Of a DNA stretch of 64,000 nucleotides, positions 52,027-64,000 are shown in pieces; within the stretch, counting starts at the first letter, position 1, and each line of letters begins with the position of its first letter. Made by a program: the position numbers and the translations under genes. Under the pieces are notes generated by a model that did no database searches, was not told the DNA's origin, and saw nothing but the letters and a program-made list of their open reading frames with translations. Source of the DNA: Lytechinus pictus (taxonomy: Eukaryota); assembly GCF_037042905.1 (NCBI RefSeq), contig NC_087251.1, positions 21,080,001-21,144,000 of the forward strand. Reading direction: 5' to 3'.

Positions 52027-52901
52027 AGATCATAGCAGTAAATATCGTCTGTTCAAGCAAAAGATATTTAGCAGGTTTTCTTTCCAATCTACCTTGGATA
52101 ATGAGAAGTACATTGCCCGTGACGTCTACGACCAAAGCCACACGCCACTTCGCCAAACCCTGGCCTCGCTTTGTATGATCTACATGGCTCTTAACCTTCA
52201 TATCATGGCGCACTTAAAGGCAAACACTTTATGCCTCATGCCGAATTTCTCCATCATCCCATGGTAAGATGATAAAATAAACAGGGTCCCGACAATCATG
52301 GAAGACTGCCACTGCCCCCTTCACGCCCATAACCAGTCATGCATTAACGACAATTGGTCGTGTACGCTTCGAAGGCGCCTCTGCTCACATGAAATTGGAT
52401 AACGCACCAAAAGCATTCAGATCCAGCATTGGGCAGCTGGAACTTTCTTTTTGATTTCTAGTAGACCCGTAGGCCCATTATACAGATGCAAATAAAATTC
52501 TGCAAGGATACAAAGATATATAATAATAATTACAGCCGTTGCCATTCATTGGTAATTATGTGCTTTTTATTACCACTAAATTGAGTGATGAAGACAACGT
52601 AAATAAACAAAATAAACAGTGCAGTATAATGAATCGGTTATCGCCTTCAATATCCATCGCTTTAACCAGCTGTATGTGTATAGTAATTAAATAAAAGGCT
52701 TCAAATTGCACAAGGTTGAAGTACTCATATGGCTGTTAGGGAACAGATAAAGAGGTTTACTACACTCTGGCCAATGAAGAAAGTATTCTACATTACCATC
52801 TACCCTCGCTGAATATTCTAAAGTTCATTTTTTCATGTAAATGCGTTAATAAAATCTCATCATTAGCAGATAGATATGGCGACATCATGGTCTTTATACT
52901 A

Positions 52902-53141
52902 CACTGCAAACGCTGGTGTTAATTTAACACCAGCCTGGTATCTATATCGGTCCACACCAGAGAGGTGTTGAACAACACCGGTTTGGCGCTAGGCTAACAC
53001 CAAATTGGCATTTAAGCAACACCAATTAGCGTTAAACCAATATCGATTTGATTCTTAAGTGATATTGTTTCATCGCTTCTCTGGTGTGGACCCTTATAGA
53101 TACCAGGCTGGTGCAAAATTAACACCGGCGTTTTTGCAGTG
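52902..53141. mobile_element. CACT...AGTG MITE, AACACC-motif family
   Basis: TA|CACTGCAAA...TTTGCAGTG|TA, long inverted arms (CACCAGCCTGGTATCTATA / TATAGATACCAGGCTGGTG), repeated AACACC. Confidence 0.9.
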
Positions 53142-56100
53142 TAGACCCAAAATATTTGATTACAACCCTTCCCGCAGTTGGTTCCCAAACGGGATTATCT
53201 ACTTTGAGACTGTGAATTAAAAAGGGTTTGGTTTACATATAGATGACACCATAGAGCGTGAACCAATATTAATTATTCCATATTTCATTATAATTATCAA
53301 ACAAAATAAAATCTTGATGAAATACAACCATAAAAGATAACGAAAATGTGTAGATTGTACAAAATTTGCAGTGACGGCCTTAGTTCGATTTCATTCCAGC
53401 TTTGAGGGAAAGAGTTAATCCACTGCTTAATAAGGCCCTTACGGTAGAGCAATGTGCTTCTCGTTGGACATCGTAATCAAACAACTTCTCCCGTTTGATT
53501 GTCACTATTTCACGAAATAAATCCCACACTTCATTTCCTCTTTTCAGATGAGATGACCATCTCGTGCCAAAACGGAAAGCTTTGAGGCCTGGTGTCCTAG
53601 ACCATTCGACCCTAACACGGAACCATCTTAATTTCCTTGTTAATGATATCTTTACAGAGTACTGGAGGCGCCGGTGCGGCAACCTCCCCAGATCTTGCGT
53701 GGTATATGTTTAATTCATTCGAAAACGAATAACAACATACAAAAGGTCAACAGTAATACTCAGAATCAACTCCAAGATAGTAGAAGTAAATGTTATTTAT
53801 TCCATCAATACTCAATTTGAGAGAATTCGTAATGCGCTTTATGATCACCCTGGTCCCAAGAAGGAAAACTGTGTGCAAGTCCACTCATTATTCAGGACAT
53901 TTTCCTTCGTGCAATTCATGATATAAATGATAATTACTCTGGGGTGGATATATAAACTTATTCCTTGCAAAATAAGTGGCATGTGAAGAAATGTTGCTGA
54001 CCTCTTGTCTATCACATTGATACAGGTGAAATGTTCCGGGCTTCTGGCACTCAATACTTAAGATGTCCTGACCGTGAAATTACAAATAATTTAAGCCTCG
54101 ATTAGCATCCAATAAGGACATGATAAATGTTTGATATATCTCAATAGAATATTCATAAATTTTTTTACACACGGTGTCTCTTGTCAGCAATTTAAACAAA
54201 TGAAGAAAGGCTTTAAAAATGCACCACCCGAGTGCTGTTGTTTAAAAAGGTTGCCATTAACATTGTACCTCGTTTAACAGGTAATGAACTGAAACATATT
54301 GATTCATGAATGTTCATAGCGTGCATGAGGGCAAAACTATTGAAACATGACTAAGTTATGGTGGAAAAGATCAATCATCTTATCTTTAATTGCCTTTTTA
54401 TGCCTGATATGATTATCTGCTACTCAACCAACCTAATTTTGTTTATATAACATGTATAAAGTGCTAGTGTGAATTTAGCACAATCCTACAGGGATATATT
54501 ATCATCATGAATATAAAATACATTTCAAATAAGCCCACAGACTTTCCAAAGCTATAAAGCTTTATTCCAACATTCCCATTTCATCTTAAATTGTTTTTCA
54601 AGCAACCGGACACTTTTTTTTATTGTGGTTCGAGAAACCTATTATCTTTATAAGATATTACTATTCCTCTTTGTTTTTACTTCAAACGGAAGTTTTACCT
54701 CTCACCTATCAAACCACAGCCAAACTCAGACCGTCAGAATTGATCACCATTAACCTCTCAAGAATCTGTGTCATATACAATTCATTCTTATTATGAAAAA
54801 AATTCCTGGATTCTCTTATACAACACATCCCTCACTTTTCGAACAATAGTTTCAACTCTGTAGGCTGCAGTCACAACAGACCCAAGTCGATCGATATTTA
54901 TATACATGTACATACTACAATCATAACGTCACGACTGTGTTCGATATCATTGGTATAACTGTAGCATCTCTAACCTGAAAACATTCCCCTTTCAGACCCA
55001 TCATTCAGCTCTTGAAGTCAGGGTGTGTTCGTCGCCTTTTAACCCCTTGGCCCTGCAATGATTTCTCTCTTGCCTGTGCTATCGCATGTTGATGTAGAGT
55101 CTTTCAATGCCCCGGGGTGCTACTGCAGTCAGTGTATCCACTCGATTCCGTTCAATAGTATCACGTGATGTCCTCCACTCTTAACATCAACACGCAAAAC
55201 AGGAGAAAACATTCAAGATATTCATCCAAGAAAGGAACCTCGGAAGGAATTAACCCTTTCTCTCCCCCAAAACATTATTCTTTAACTGTCTTTTACTCTG
55301 ATAAAATATGTCTGACTTTAGGAAGGAATTGTTGTTAGATATCTTTTGTTATCTTATTTGGATGTTTTGGGATTCGACAAGATTATTTTATTCACCCCAT
55401 TCATTATACAAATTTACTTTTTAATATAACAACAGTGCTGTTTTAATCTGTATACCTCAAACTACGGTCATGATAACATCTTTATTTCATTTATTTCAAC
55501 TCTGTAAACATTTACAAATGGATGTTTATTATCTTGTACAGGGGCGGAGAAGTCAGTGACGGCACAATATCAAGTTATCAAAAGTGGAAAGCAATAAAAT
55601 ACACAAGGAGGGAGAAAAGGAATTAAAGTGGTACGATGTATAAGAGTATCAGCAAGAGACGCATGAGCATTATTACTCAAGAATATCACTTTCATTTAAT
55701 TGAGGAAATCGACCTCTCCTTTTTTGGCTTAAGGTCATCTTGCCCTCTAATGCCGCGTACGATCTAGTGATTTATCATATTTTACTCAATTATCAAAATA
55801 ATAAAATGAGAAGGAAAATGGAACTTGAGAGTCAAATTCTTAGAATTAAAAGCAATCGTCATATTGAGTAATGTTGAATGGCAAATCAAAATAGAAAATT
55901 TAACATGAAATCCGTGTTTGAACACGTTCTGACCCACACCCTCATCTTACCCACACCCACACGTATACACGCGCACTTAACTCAGGGCGCCATAGCACGC
56001 CACCTGTAACTGGAGGAACTCGGTGCACTTTACAAATGAAAACCGTTCCTATCGTCTGCCATGCCGCCCCAAGGCCTGGAATCGCTCTATGAAGGAGGAT

Positions 56101-57464
56101 CCTTCTCTCTTAAAGCCATCGAAAGGATCCGGTAGAATCTCCGAGTGTTGCTCAAATACTAGAAGGAGGTCTGGTGTAGTTTCTCACTTCAAGGGCATTT
56201 GTTTAGCGATACAACTGTGTTCTGGAATTTCAGCCAGGGCTCGAAGGGTTGTTAACACGCCACGAGGAGATGGAGTGTACGTGAGACCAAGATCCTCTCA
56301 TTAGAAAGGCTTTTAAAAATTGTCTAGACGGCACTGATAAATTCCATCTGCCTGATTTTATGGAAATATTATCGCCAAATATTAGCAGGGGTTTACTTAC
56401 ATCCCAACCGTTCTCTCACGATAGATTTCGTCAAGGCGCATTGCTAATAATCTTGCACTTAACGTATCATTTATTTTGCTTATTGTGCACATCCAATCTA
56501 CAGTATTGAGAATGTGATTTTGAGAAAAATGAAGAAATAGTGGTTTCTATCTCTCGTCCTCAAAGACGGAAAACGAAATAAATAAAGTACTACATGAATA
56601 AAAACTAAAAAAAACTACAGAACAAAAAATAATATTACGAAATTCTTATGAACACTATTGGCATTCTCCTGTGTCATTTTCAGAAAAGTTTACACCTTCC
56701 CCATCCCCAAATAAGTAGTGTACCCGCCAAATAACGAGATTATAAGCAAAGTTCAAATGACACGATGCAAAAGTAAAATCAGGGATTAGGGGACAAAAGA
56801 ATAATGGATGGCGGAAACAAGCTTTGCCAGCGCATGTTTAAATCAGAATGACGTAAAAGTAGATCGCCAATAAACATTTTTCATGGGTTTATATTGTAAA
56901 TATCAATGAAATCAATAACAAATATAGTGAATAGTGTAATGAATTCATATGTTGACCGCTTCAATCACGGAAGGCGGGAACTTATTTTTGAGAAACGCTC
57001 TCAGAAAATTCAGAATTTGCATTTACAAGTCATCTACATGCATGCACCTGCCCTAAACCAATATCCTTGATTTTTGCAAAGTCCCCCTCGATTTCTCTTT
57101 ATCTCTTTATTTCTTTACATATCCTTCTCTCTTCCTATCTCGCATTCTCTTTCCTGTTTTTCTATTTCTGTAAATGCATTCCCGCTTCCTCCCTTCCGTC
57201 CGTTCACCTGTCTGGTCATGATCAAGGGGATGGCGATAATTATCGCAATTGGCGCCATGAGAAGCGTGAGAGTTTATTTTCGAAAGTGTCATCATGCAAA
57301 TATGAAAAAAGATAATAACAAAATGACAAGGATGGCAAGAAATTAACAGCCACATAATGTATATTCATTCCATTTGAAATTAAATCATCTTAAATTTACT
57401 ATGTATAAACGAAACACTACCCGTAGATGACTGTATATTCCCATCGACTATGTTACTTCTTACT

Positions 57465-57720
57465 ATTATCTATTTATTTTTATTCATTTTCAGTTTTATT
57501 TAATCAGGGTGGCCTCATCAGTTAACAAACTGCTGTCCTTGAGGGCCCTGAGATAAAAATCAATATGTACAATATTTACAAAGAATGAATACATAAATCA
57601 AAATGGCATACACTGGAACAACAAATATATAAGAAACATTAAAAATACAATCCAATAAAAGATCAACATTGAATTTCAAGAAACAGACAAAGGAAAATGA
57701 AAAGGAAAAGGCTATTGGAA
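57465..57720 (-). mobile_element. 3' end of an L2/CR1-group LINE or LINE-tailed SINE
   Basis: Minus strand CAGGGCCCTCAAGGACAGCAGTTTGTTAACTGATGAGGCCACCCTGATTAAATAAA followed by an A-rich tail; typical L2-type 3' stem-loop plus AATAAA. Confidence 0.65.
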
Positions 57721-57843
57721 ACTGCTGCATTGGAAACTATTACGGTCAGAAGTTCTCGTAGATAAACACTTTTGCGCAATGACAGAGAACTTTCTTACTT
57801 TACTTATTCAGACTTAGAGTTACATCAATTTGAATTCATTCAT

Positions 57844-57988
57844 GGTCGGCTGTGGTAAATGACCTGCCGCAGTCTGGATTTAGAATGTTGTCTTAACGAT
57901 TTGGATCGAAGCTATTTTTCCGCGTTAAAAATAATTTTTTAGATTTAAATTTAATTCAGGGTTCGAATATCATTGACCACAGCTGATC
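57844..57988. mobile_element. Short element relic with 19-bp imperfect inverted ends
   Basis: GGTCGGCTGTGGTAAATGA (57844-62) vs reverse complement GATCAGCTGTGGTCAATGA (57970-88), 16/19. No clear TSD. Confidence 0.4.
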
Positions 57989-60595
57989 CTTATTAATTTG
58001 GAACACCAACATTTATTGGATCTCAGGTGATAATAAAATCTACGAATTAAAAAAAATACACATGTCAAGCAGCGATTTTGCCTTTTAATGTTTTCTGCGA
58101 CGTTTTGTTCATACTAAGCTCTGGTCATGTCAATTTTATATAAGTAAATTAAGCTTTTCGGTTCACTTTGGCTGGCGTTTCTGTAATTCGAGTAAGACAT
58201 CGTGATATCACTTTCATTCAGCCGTTTTAGCGCATTCGATGTGTTTTCCTTTCTCTCTCTAAACTTTCTCGTGAAAATGCCTGCAATTCATTTGCATTAA
58301 GGATTAGAATTACACGCGGAGCGAAGTCCCCAAAAAGCGTAATAAAGATCGATGACCGTACACCGTGTTTGTTTTCCTTGTAGAAGGACATTAAAAGCAT
58401 TAAAAGTGATTGTCTTGGATAAAAGCACCCAAGACATCTATCTGAAATTCAACCCTACAATGGCTGACTTTCGAGCCCTAATCAATGTTTGCTTTGAAAA
58501 TTTATTGAAAATATTTTTAGGTACATGAACTGATATGAAACAATGCCACAATTAAAGATTAAGCTTGATTTTGAAAATGGAGGAAAACGCCAACATGTTT
58601 TTTCAACTGACAGCAAACTTCGGTTGACGAACTGATATTCAATAATACTGTATTTAAGAAAAATACTCATCTCGTGATTTCCGTAGATAAATAAGCGATT
58701 CAAAGCAACGATATTGAGAGGGTTACACCAGTTTAAGCTAAATTAAAGTGCCTAATATGCCTAACATGAGATTTCAGATTTTTTTAAATAATCAATAGAG
58801 ACTTTGAAAAAAAACTGTTGTTGCTCTGTACAGACAAATACGTTAGATTAAGGGACAAAACCGAAATCTGACATGAAGAGCCCCATTTTTTAATGCATTA
58901 ATTATTTAAATTTCAGGTAAGTTCTGCACATTAGGCTTATGTTAGAGAGCAGTAATTTGCAATACATCCTTTTACAGCATTATTATTCTTATACCAATTG
59001 AGAAGAAAGTCAAAGATACAAATTAATTTTAAATTTTCCAAGAAAGATCGTTTTTTAATATTTCGAAGTCAAATGAAAATTGTATGGGCCAGGATAAATG
59101 CGAAGTCATGCATATATGCATGGCAGAAGTTTACAAATCACACCATTTCATTCACAATCGAACAGTGAACATTTATCTTCACAAGAAGTATTAAAAAAGA
59201 GAAATCAACCGTCCTCAAATCGTAACCCCTAAATCCATTTTAATTCCACTAAATAATTCTGGTCATCTTCACGTAAAGGGAAAGCTAACTCGAATCAGGA
59301 TCCTTTGTACCCTTGCAAGGTAAATATAAAATGTTTGTATAATAACATAGAGATAGATTCACATTACATCCGATACATAGGGCAATAATTCATCGGCATA
59401 CAAGAGGCATTGAGATAAGCATGGGCCATGTACTATTTTGAACTAACTAACCTTTAATCATAAATAACAGGCAGATGGCGATTGCACCTGATGATAGGTG
59501 TATTTGGGTTTCACATTGTTTATCTTGAAAAGAAAACAACATTTCTAATCCGTTTAATACTGTATCGAAAATCAATGAGCAATATATATAGGATCATAAA
59601 GGTAGGTCTTGATAGAAAAATATACCGAGCTACGATTGGAATAAGCCAAGTTTGCTTCGTTTGGAAGTAACCAATATTCTAAAGTCGGTTTTTTTTTCAA
59701 CGAAATATCCATAACCAACACAAATGCATGAATCAGAATCATATTGGTTAGTATTCATGCCTGTTAAAAGGGCAAAAGCTGTCGCTCTAAATTTTGTGAA
59801 AGGAAAACATTCACACGTGAATTGTGAAAGAATAGACGCTCTATCATGCATGTGTACAGCGATGTCACAAGACAATATGTCAAGTTTCACATTAAATTCA
59901 ATAAAATATCACAAATAAATATTGACAGGTCGACTCAGAAATAAATGCCACCTGTTTCAAAAGGTTACACTCTTAGGTCATTGATTTTTTTCACCTTTAA
60001 ATAGCTATGATCGATTCTCATCATGTTTTCCACCATTTAACTGTTTAATACAAAAAATGCAACAAACATTTTGACGGAATGGAAACCCTGATTCGAGATT
60101 TGTGCCGGTGATATCCTTATGAGAGCTGAGGTTTCAAGAAGTGCAATGCACTGGGTCCTTAACACGTTTTGGTTTACCGAATGTCATGGAATATTTAGTA
60201 AACGAGGTTGAACAAAGGGGAAGAGCGTGTCGCTTTTTCGCCCACACATCGGCTCTGACGACCTTTCGGAAAAAACCCGAACCAACACGCCTACCATAAC
60301 AACAACACATTTGTGTTGCTTCTAGCTTCCGATAGAGAAAAGATAAACAAGTCCACAAAACCGAAAAGAAGAGGATTGTAATGATGAAATGCATTTGAGA
60401 ATTGAGTATTGTACTTTTTATCCCCGTTCAGATTCGGGGCGACGACCTGGGTGCGATAAGACTTTAGTCAAACTTCCCATCAGATATGATGAGACTAATC
60501 GATCATCCATCTTGTGCAAATGTCATTTATATGTTTCAAATAATCATCGTTTCATTGTGCATTCATGAGTCATTTTGACTGACGTCAAAAATTTG

Positions 60596-60652
60596 CCAGC
60601 GCGCCTCTAGACAAATTATTTTCCAGCGCGCCTCTAGACAAATTATTTTCCA
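60596..60652 (+). repeat. Perfect 27-bp tandem duplication CCAGCGCGCCTCTAGACAAATTATTTT
   Basis: Units at 60596-60622 and 60623-60649, followed by CCA microhomology. Confidence 0.95.
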
Positions 60653-61309
60653 CTATATTTTTAAAGGAATCAAAGTTATGTCTGCATGATATGACCTACA
60701 GAATCAATATTTTTTCCTTACCGAGGGCTCAAATCACTTTGACTTTAAGCACAAAAGTGAACTTTTGCTTTGTGGTGCCATGTCTGAAAGAACCTTAACA
60801 GGGGAAAATGGGATATACATCTGAAACTAAAAGAGGAGAGAGAAGGCGAGGATATAAAAGGTGATTGAGTGATCGGGTGGACTTGAAAGGGGGTGGGGTG
60901 CAATTCAATTCGACAGAAATAATGATTCGCTTTTATCTATGACTCCCTAACATTGTGAATTAACCCATCCTCATGAGACAAACATAAATGAGGTAAGAGT
61001 TGAGAAATGGAGAACTGTATCGCTTTAAATTGAGTTTAATAAAAGGATACAAAAAAGGAGAAACAAGAAATGCAAATCACGTATCTTCACGGACTTAGAA
61101 ATGAAATATTACTGGTTTGATATTTTTGAATCCCAATCCTAGGGGTATTAGCTATTTTCTTGATTATGAAGACATGTTGAAACTAAAAAAAAATTGGAAA
61201 ATTACATTTGAAATAAATGAATGGCCTAAAGAAGAAAAGACTAAAATCAAATCCGCCCTGTGAAAACAAGGAGTTGGCTGTTGTCTGAATCAGTAGTTAT
61301 ATTCACTTT

Positions 61310-61448
61310 TTACCTGAAGGCCAAGGATGCGTTTTATCGACGGCCATATCCGACAAAAAGAATCAAAAGTCACACAACCTTCCAGACTTTCAAGAGATGT
61401 CTGAAGAGAAATTTCATGATTCAAGCTCATCTATCTCCCATCCACTGA
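61310..61448 (+). pseudogene. Possible extreme C-terminus of an L2-type ORF2
   Basis: IKSHTTFQTFKRCLKRNFMIQAH resembles the IR...SL..FK..LKT.LF..AY ending of L2 ORF2. Confidence 0.35.
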
Positions 61449-64000
61449 AAATTACTCCCTGAAGTATAAAACGATGAAGCTGGGAATGATGCGGTTTATG
61501 ATTCTGTCTCAATTATATTTTGTTTTTAAAGGGTTTGAGGCAGTGAGCGATTTACATTCAAACACGTTCATGTTACAAATTAATACCCCAGAGATGCAAT
61601 TACAATCCACGAACAACTTATACGAGCATCACCTATTTCCACAAATTGTGACAGACTTTCTGATAATTTTTATTCTTTTTACCTCCATATAAAACCTCAA
61701 TATCCCTATACCTTCTGATTTTATTTATTGAGATTTCATTCTTTATCCTTAGTTAAGGATAACTTCCTTCACTCCTGTGTTCACGTAAAAACCTCTCCAC
61801 AAAAAAAAAATCACACGGTCCAGTTTTCTCTAGTCTAAAAGTGGCTTGCTTCTAAAATATGAGTATTCTCGGAACATTTTCAAAGAGGAAATAAGTTATT
61901 GTTTCATCATTGTTTAAAACACATTTTTTTTCTCAATAAAATGCAATATCTAAAATGTGACTCTGGTTAGACGCATAGCTTTCTTCAATACAATCAAGGA
62001 AAAAATAAGTAATTATGTTCATTTTTGCATAATAGAAATAAAAAGAAATAATACATAGCCTTTGTGATATAACGAGGGAGTGTACAAAATTGTCAAAAAG
62101 ATTATAGCCCATACTTTGTTAATGGGAATGCGATATTGTATATGGTTTTATCTAAATGCTATATGTGTACATCTGGCGAGAGTTGCTCTGTTTCTCCATA
62201 ATCTAAGAGTATAAAATGAGGTTACTAGAAATAAAAGAGCGTCGATCGGCATTAGAAGGGCATCACGGAATAGATATTCAACAAAGAAGAACTTACTTTA
62301 CTGACAGTCATAAATTCATGTTGGTTTTTATTCGCCCCTTTTGTCCAATTTAGGCTATGGCATTACTCCTCACTTTGAGCCGCAGTCAGGTCATGTTAAG
62401 ATTGATGGGAAAATAAGTTTACGTCAGAGGAAGGTGATATGCTAGGTCAGAACGAACATCATTATTCTAGAATTATGGACGGATCATACTGATGTCGTGA
62501 AGCAAAACTTCTCAATTACTCATTTTGAAATATCGAGCTATCCCTGCTCCACCGACTCGATTCATGCTAATCATGTTAATGATTACATTATGACACGCTG
62601 GGAAAGGGTATGGTGATACAGCTGGTGGAATGACGAATAGAATTTAGATATCAAATCAGTTATTTTGGCCGAAATTGTGTTCGAATAGCTTAGTCATGGT
62701 ATTTTGCAAGAGTAACATGTAAACATTAGCATATATCCCTTGTTGATTAAACTGTATCGTTTTCAACTGACATATATTTCATATGATTAGAAAACGTGGC
62801 TATTTTCATTCCCAATTTATTGAAATTAATTGAAGTTATTATTATTTTAATTTTCTTAAAGTAAATATTTGATTCCTTTAATACGTTTCATTTCTTGTTT
62901 CATGAAAGAGGTCGAGATATGTAAGAATTTTTCAATTTACTACTCTACTAAAGACTTATTTGATTTCTGCATGATTATTGTCGGAAAAATGTAATGAAAA
63001 AGACAAATAAGATAATATTTTCATTCGAAGATAAAACTTACATACATGACACCAAGTTAATTATAACGTGTATAAGACATAACGACATTGCAATGATTTA
63101 TCATATGAAAATAATCATTTTCATGATGAATATAATTTGTTTTTATCTCTTCAATCTTTTCTTCTCTGTCTCACACACTCTCTTTCATATGTAAAGAAAA
63201 CAAAAACAATTCGGAGGAAGAGATCTTACGTGTTTCAACGATGTACTGATGGTTCATTCCTGCTATTGGTAACAGTTACAGCACACTCTATGGTGTAATA
63301 CAAAATCCAACGCAAGGATACCCTCCTGTAAATGATGATAAAGACTTGTCAGAAGAACAATCGTTTAGAGTACTCCATAATCAAGATCAACAACTGCAAA
63401 CAATTTCTCTGTTGTCTGTTTCTCCAGGAAGTTTCTTACTCCAGTCAACGCGATTTCTTAAAATATCTCGTATTTTCAACGGTTCCTTTTCACAAGAACA
63501 CGGAATCAGAGTGCACTTCGTCGTATGTATGTGTTTGTGCAATGTATGCTGCATGTTTTACACATCATGTGAATCTTAAAACGTTTGGCGACACCTCCGA
63601 CGAAGACGTATTAATAATAAAGTGATACCAGGCAAAGAAATGTGACAATGATGGACAGGATTCTACATCGAGTGAATAATGCAGAAACAGGGGATAATAC
63701 TTAATGGCTTGTATAGCAATGTAAGATGATTGCAATGGCGCCAACTGAGCAAGATCATGTCCACATTACTAGACAAGTAAGAATAAAAACACACACCAGG
63801 AAGAATCCAGTCAGTGGTGTTGTAGCAAAGAGTGAACAGGTAAACAGTAATAATTAATGGGAAAAAAATGATGTTTCACAATTAAAATAATCAAAGTCTG
63901 CTTTTCTATAGCACTTAGTACAACAATGTATTTTGGGCTCTTTACAGATGCGAATGCAAAGTAGCGTTATATCACAAATTGCAGCAGGAGTGATTCCCGG

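Noticed and set aside
53380-56304. 100-aa (53380-53682) and 93-aa (56023-56304) ORFs as genes
   Set aside because: No recognisable homology or consistent exon chain; the acceptor at 53547 leads to stops in all frames.
1-64000. Conserved miRNA hairpins or rRNA/snRNA genes
   Set aside because: I recognised no conserved mature miRNA or structural RNA sequence by eye; an Rfam/miRBase scan is needed to exclude them.

Overview
AT-rich, gene-poor eukaryotic DNA. The repeat repertoire (TU-like foldback, CAGGGGCG/CAGTGGCG-ended elements, CACT...AGTG MITEs, tRNA-SINEs, L2/CR1 relics) suggests a sea urchin or other echinoderm; this is inference, not a database result. I find no intact protein-coding gene, CRISPR array or prokaryote-type system. 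The supplied ORFs are chance or low-complexity products, except degraded LINE reverse-transcriptase pieces. The main structure is an 11.4-kb transposon nest (24322-35722). It consists of an Academ-like long-TIR element (TAG ends, TAT TSD) carrying LINE and Harbinger-like debris, followed by a nested set with intact target-site duplications: Tc1/mariner-type MITE > TU/foldback-like element with 16-bp tandem-repeat TIRs > two hAT-like elements. The larger hAT-like element holds a 700-bp purine tract and a CRISPR-mimicking array of a conserved 22-nt GC motif. Elsewhere: a 1.2-kb CAGTG-ended element with an unusual 5-bp TSD, six palindromic CACT MITEs, a solo LTR with intact promoter motifs, a three-copy (CA)n-tailed tRNA-SINE family, several decayed LINEs, and a CpG-rich promoter/first-exon candidate near 44-45.3 kb. 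All alignments were done by eye; family names need Dfam/Repbase confirmation.
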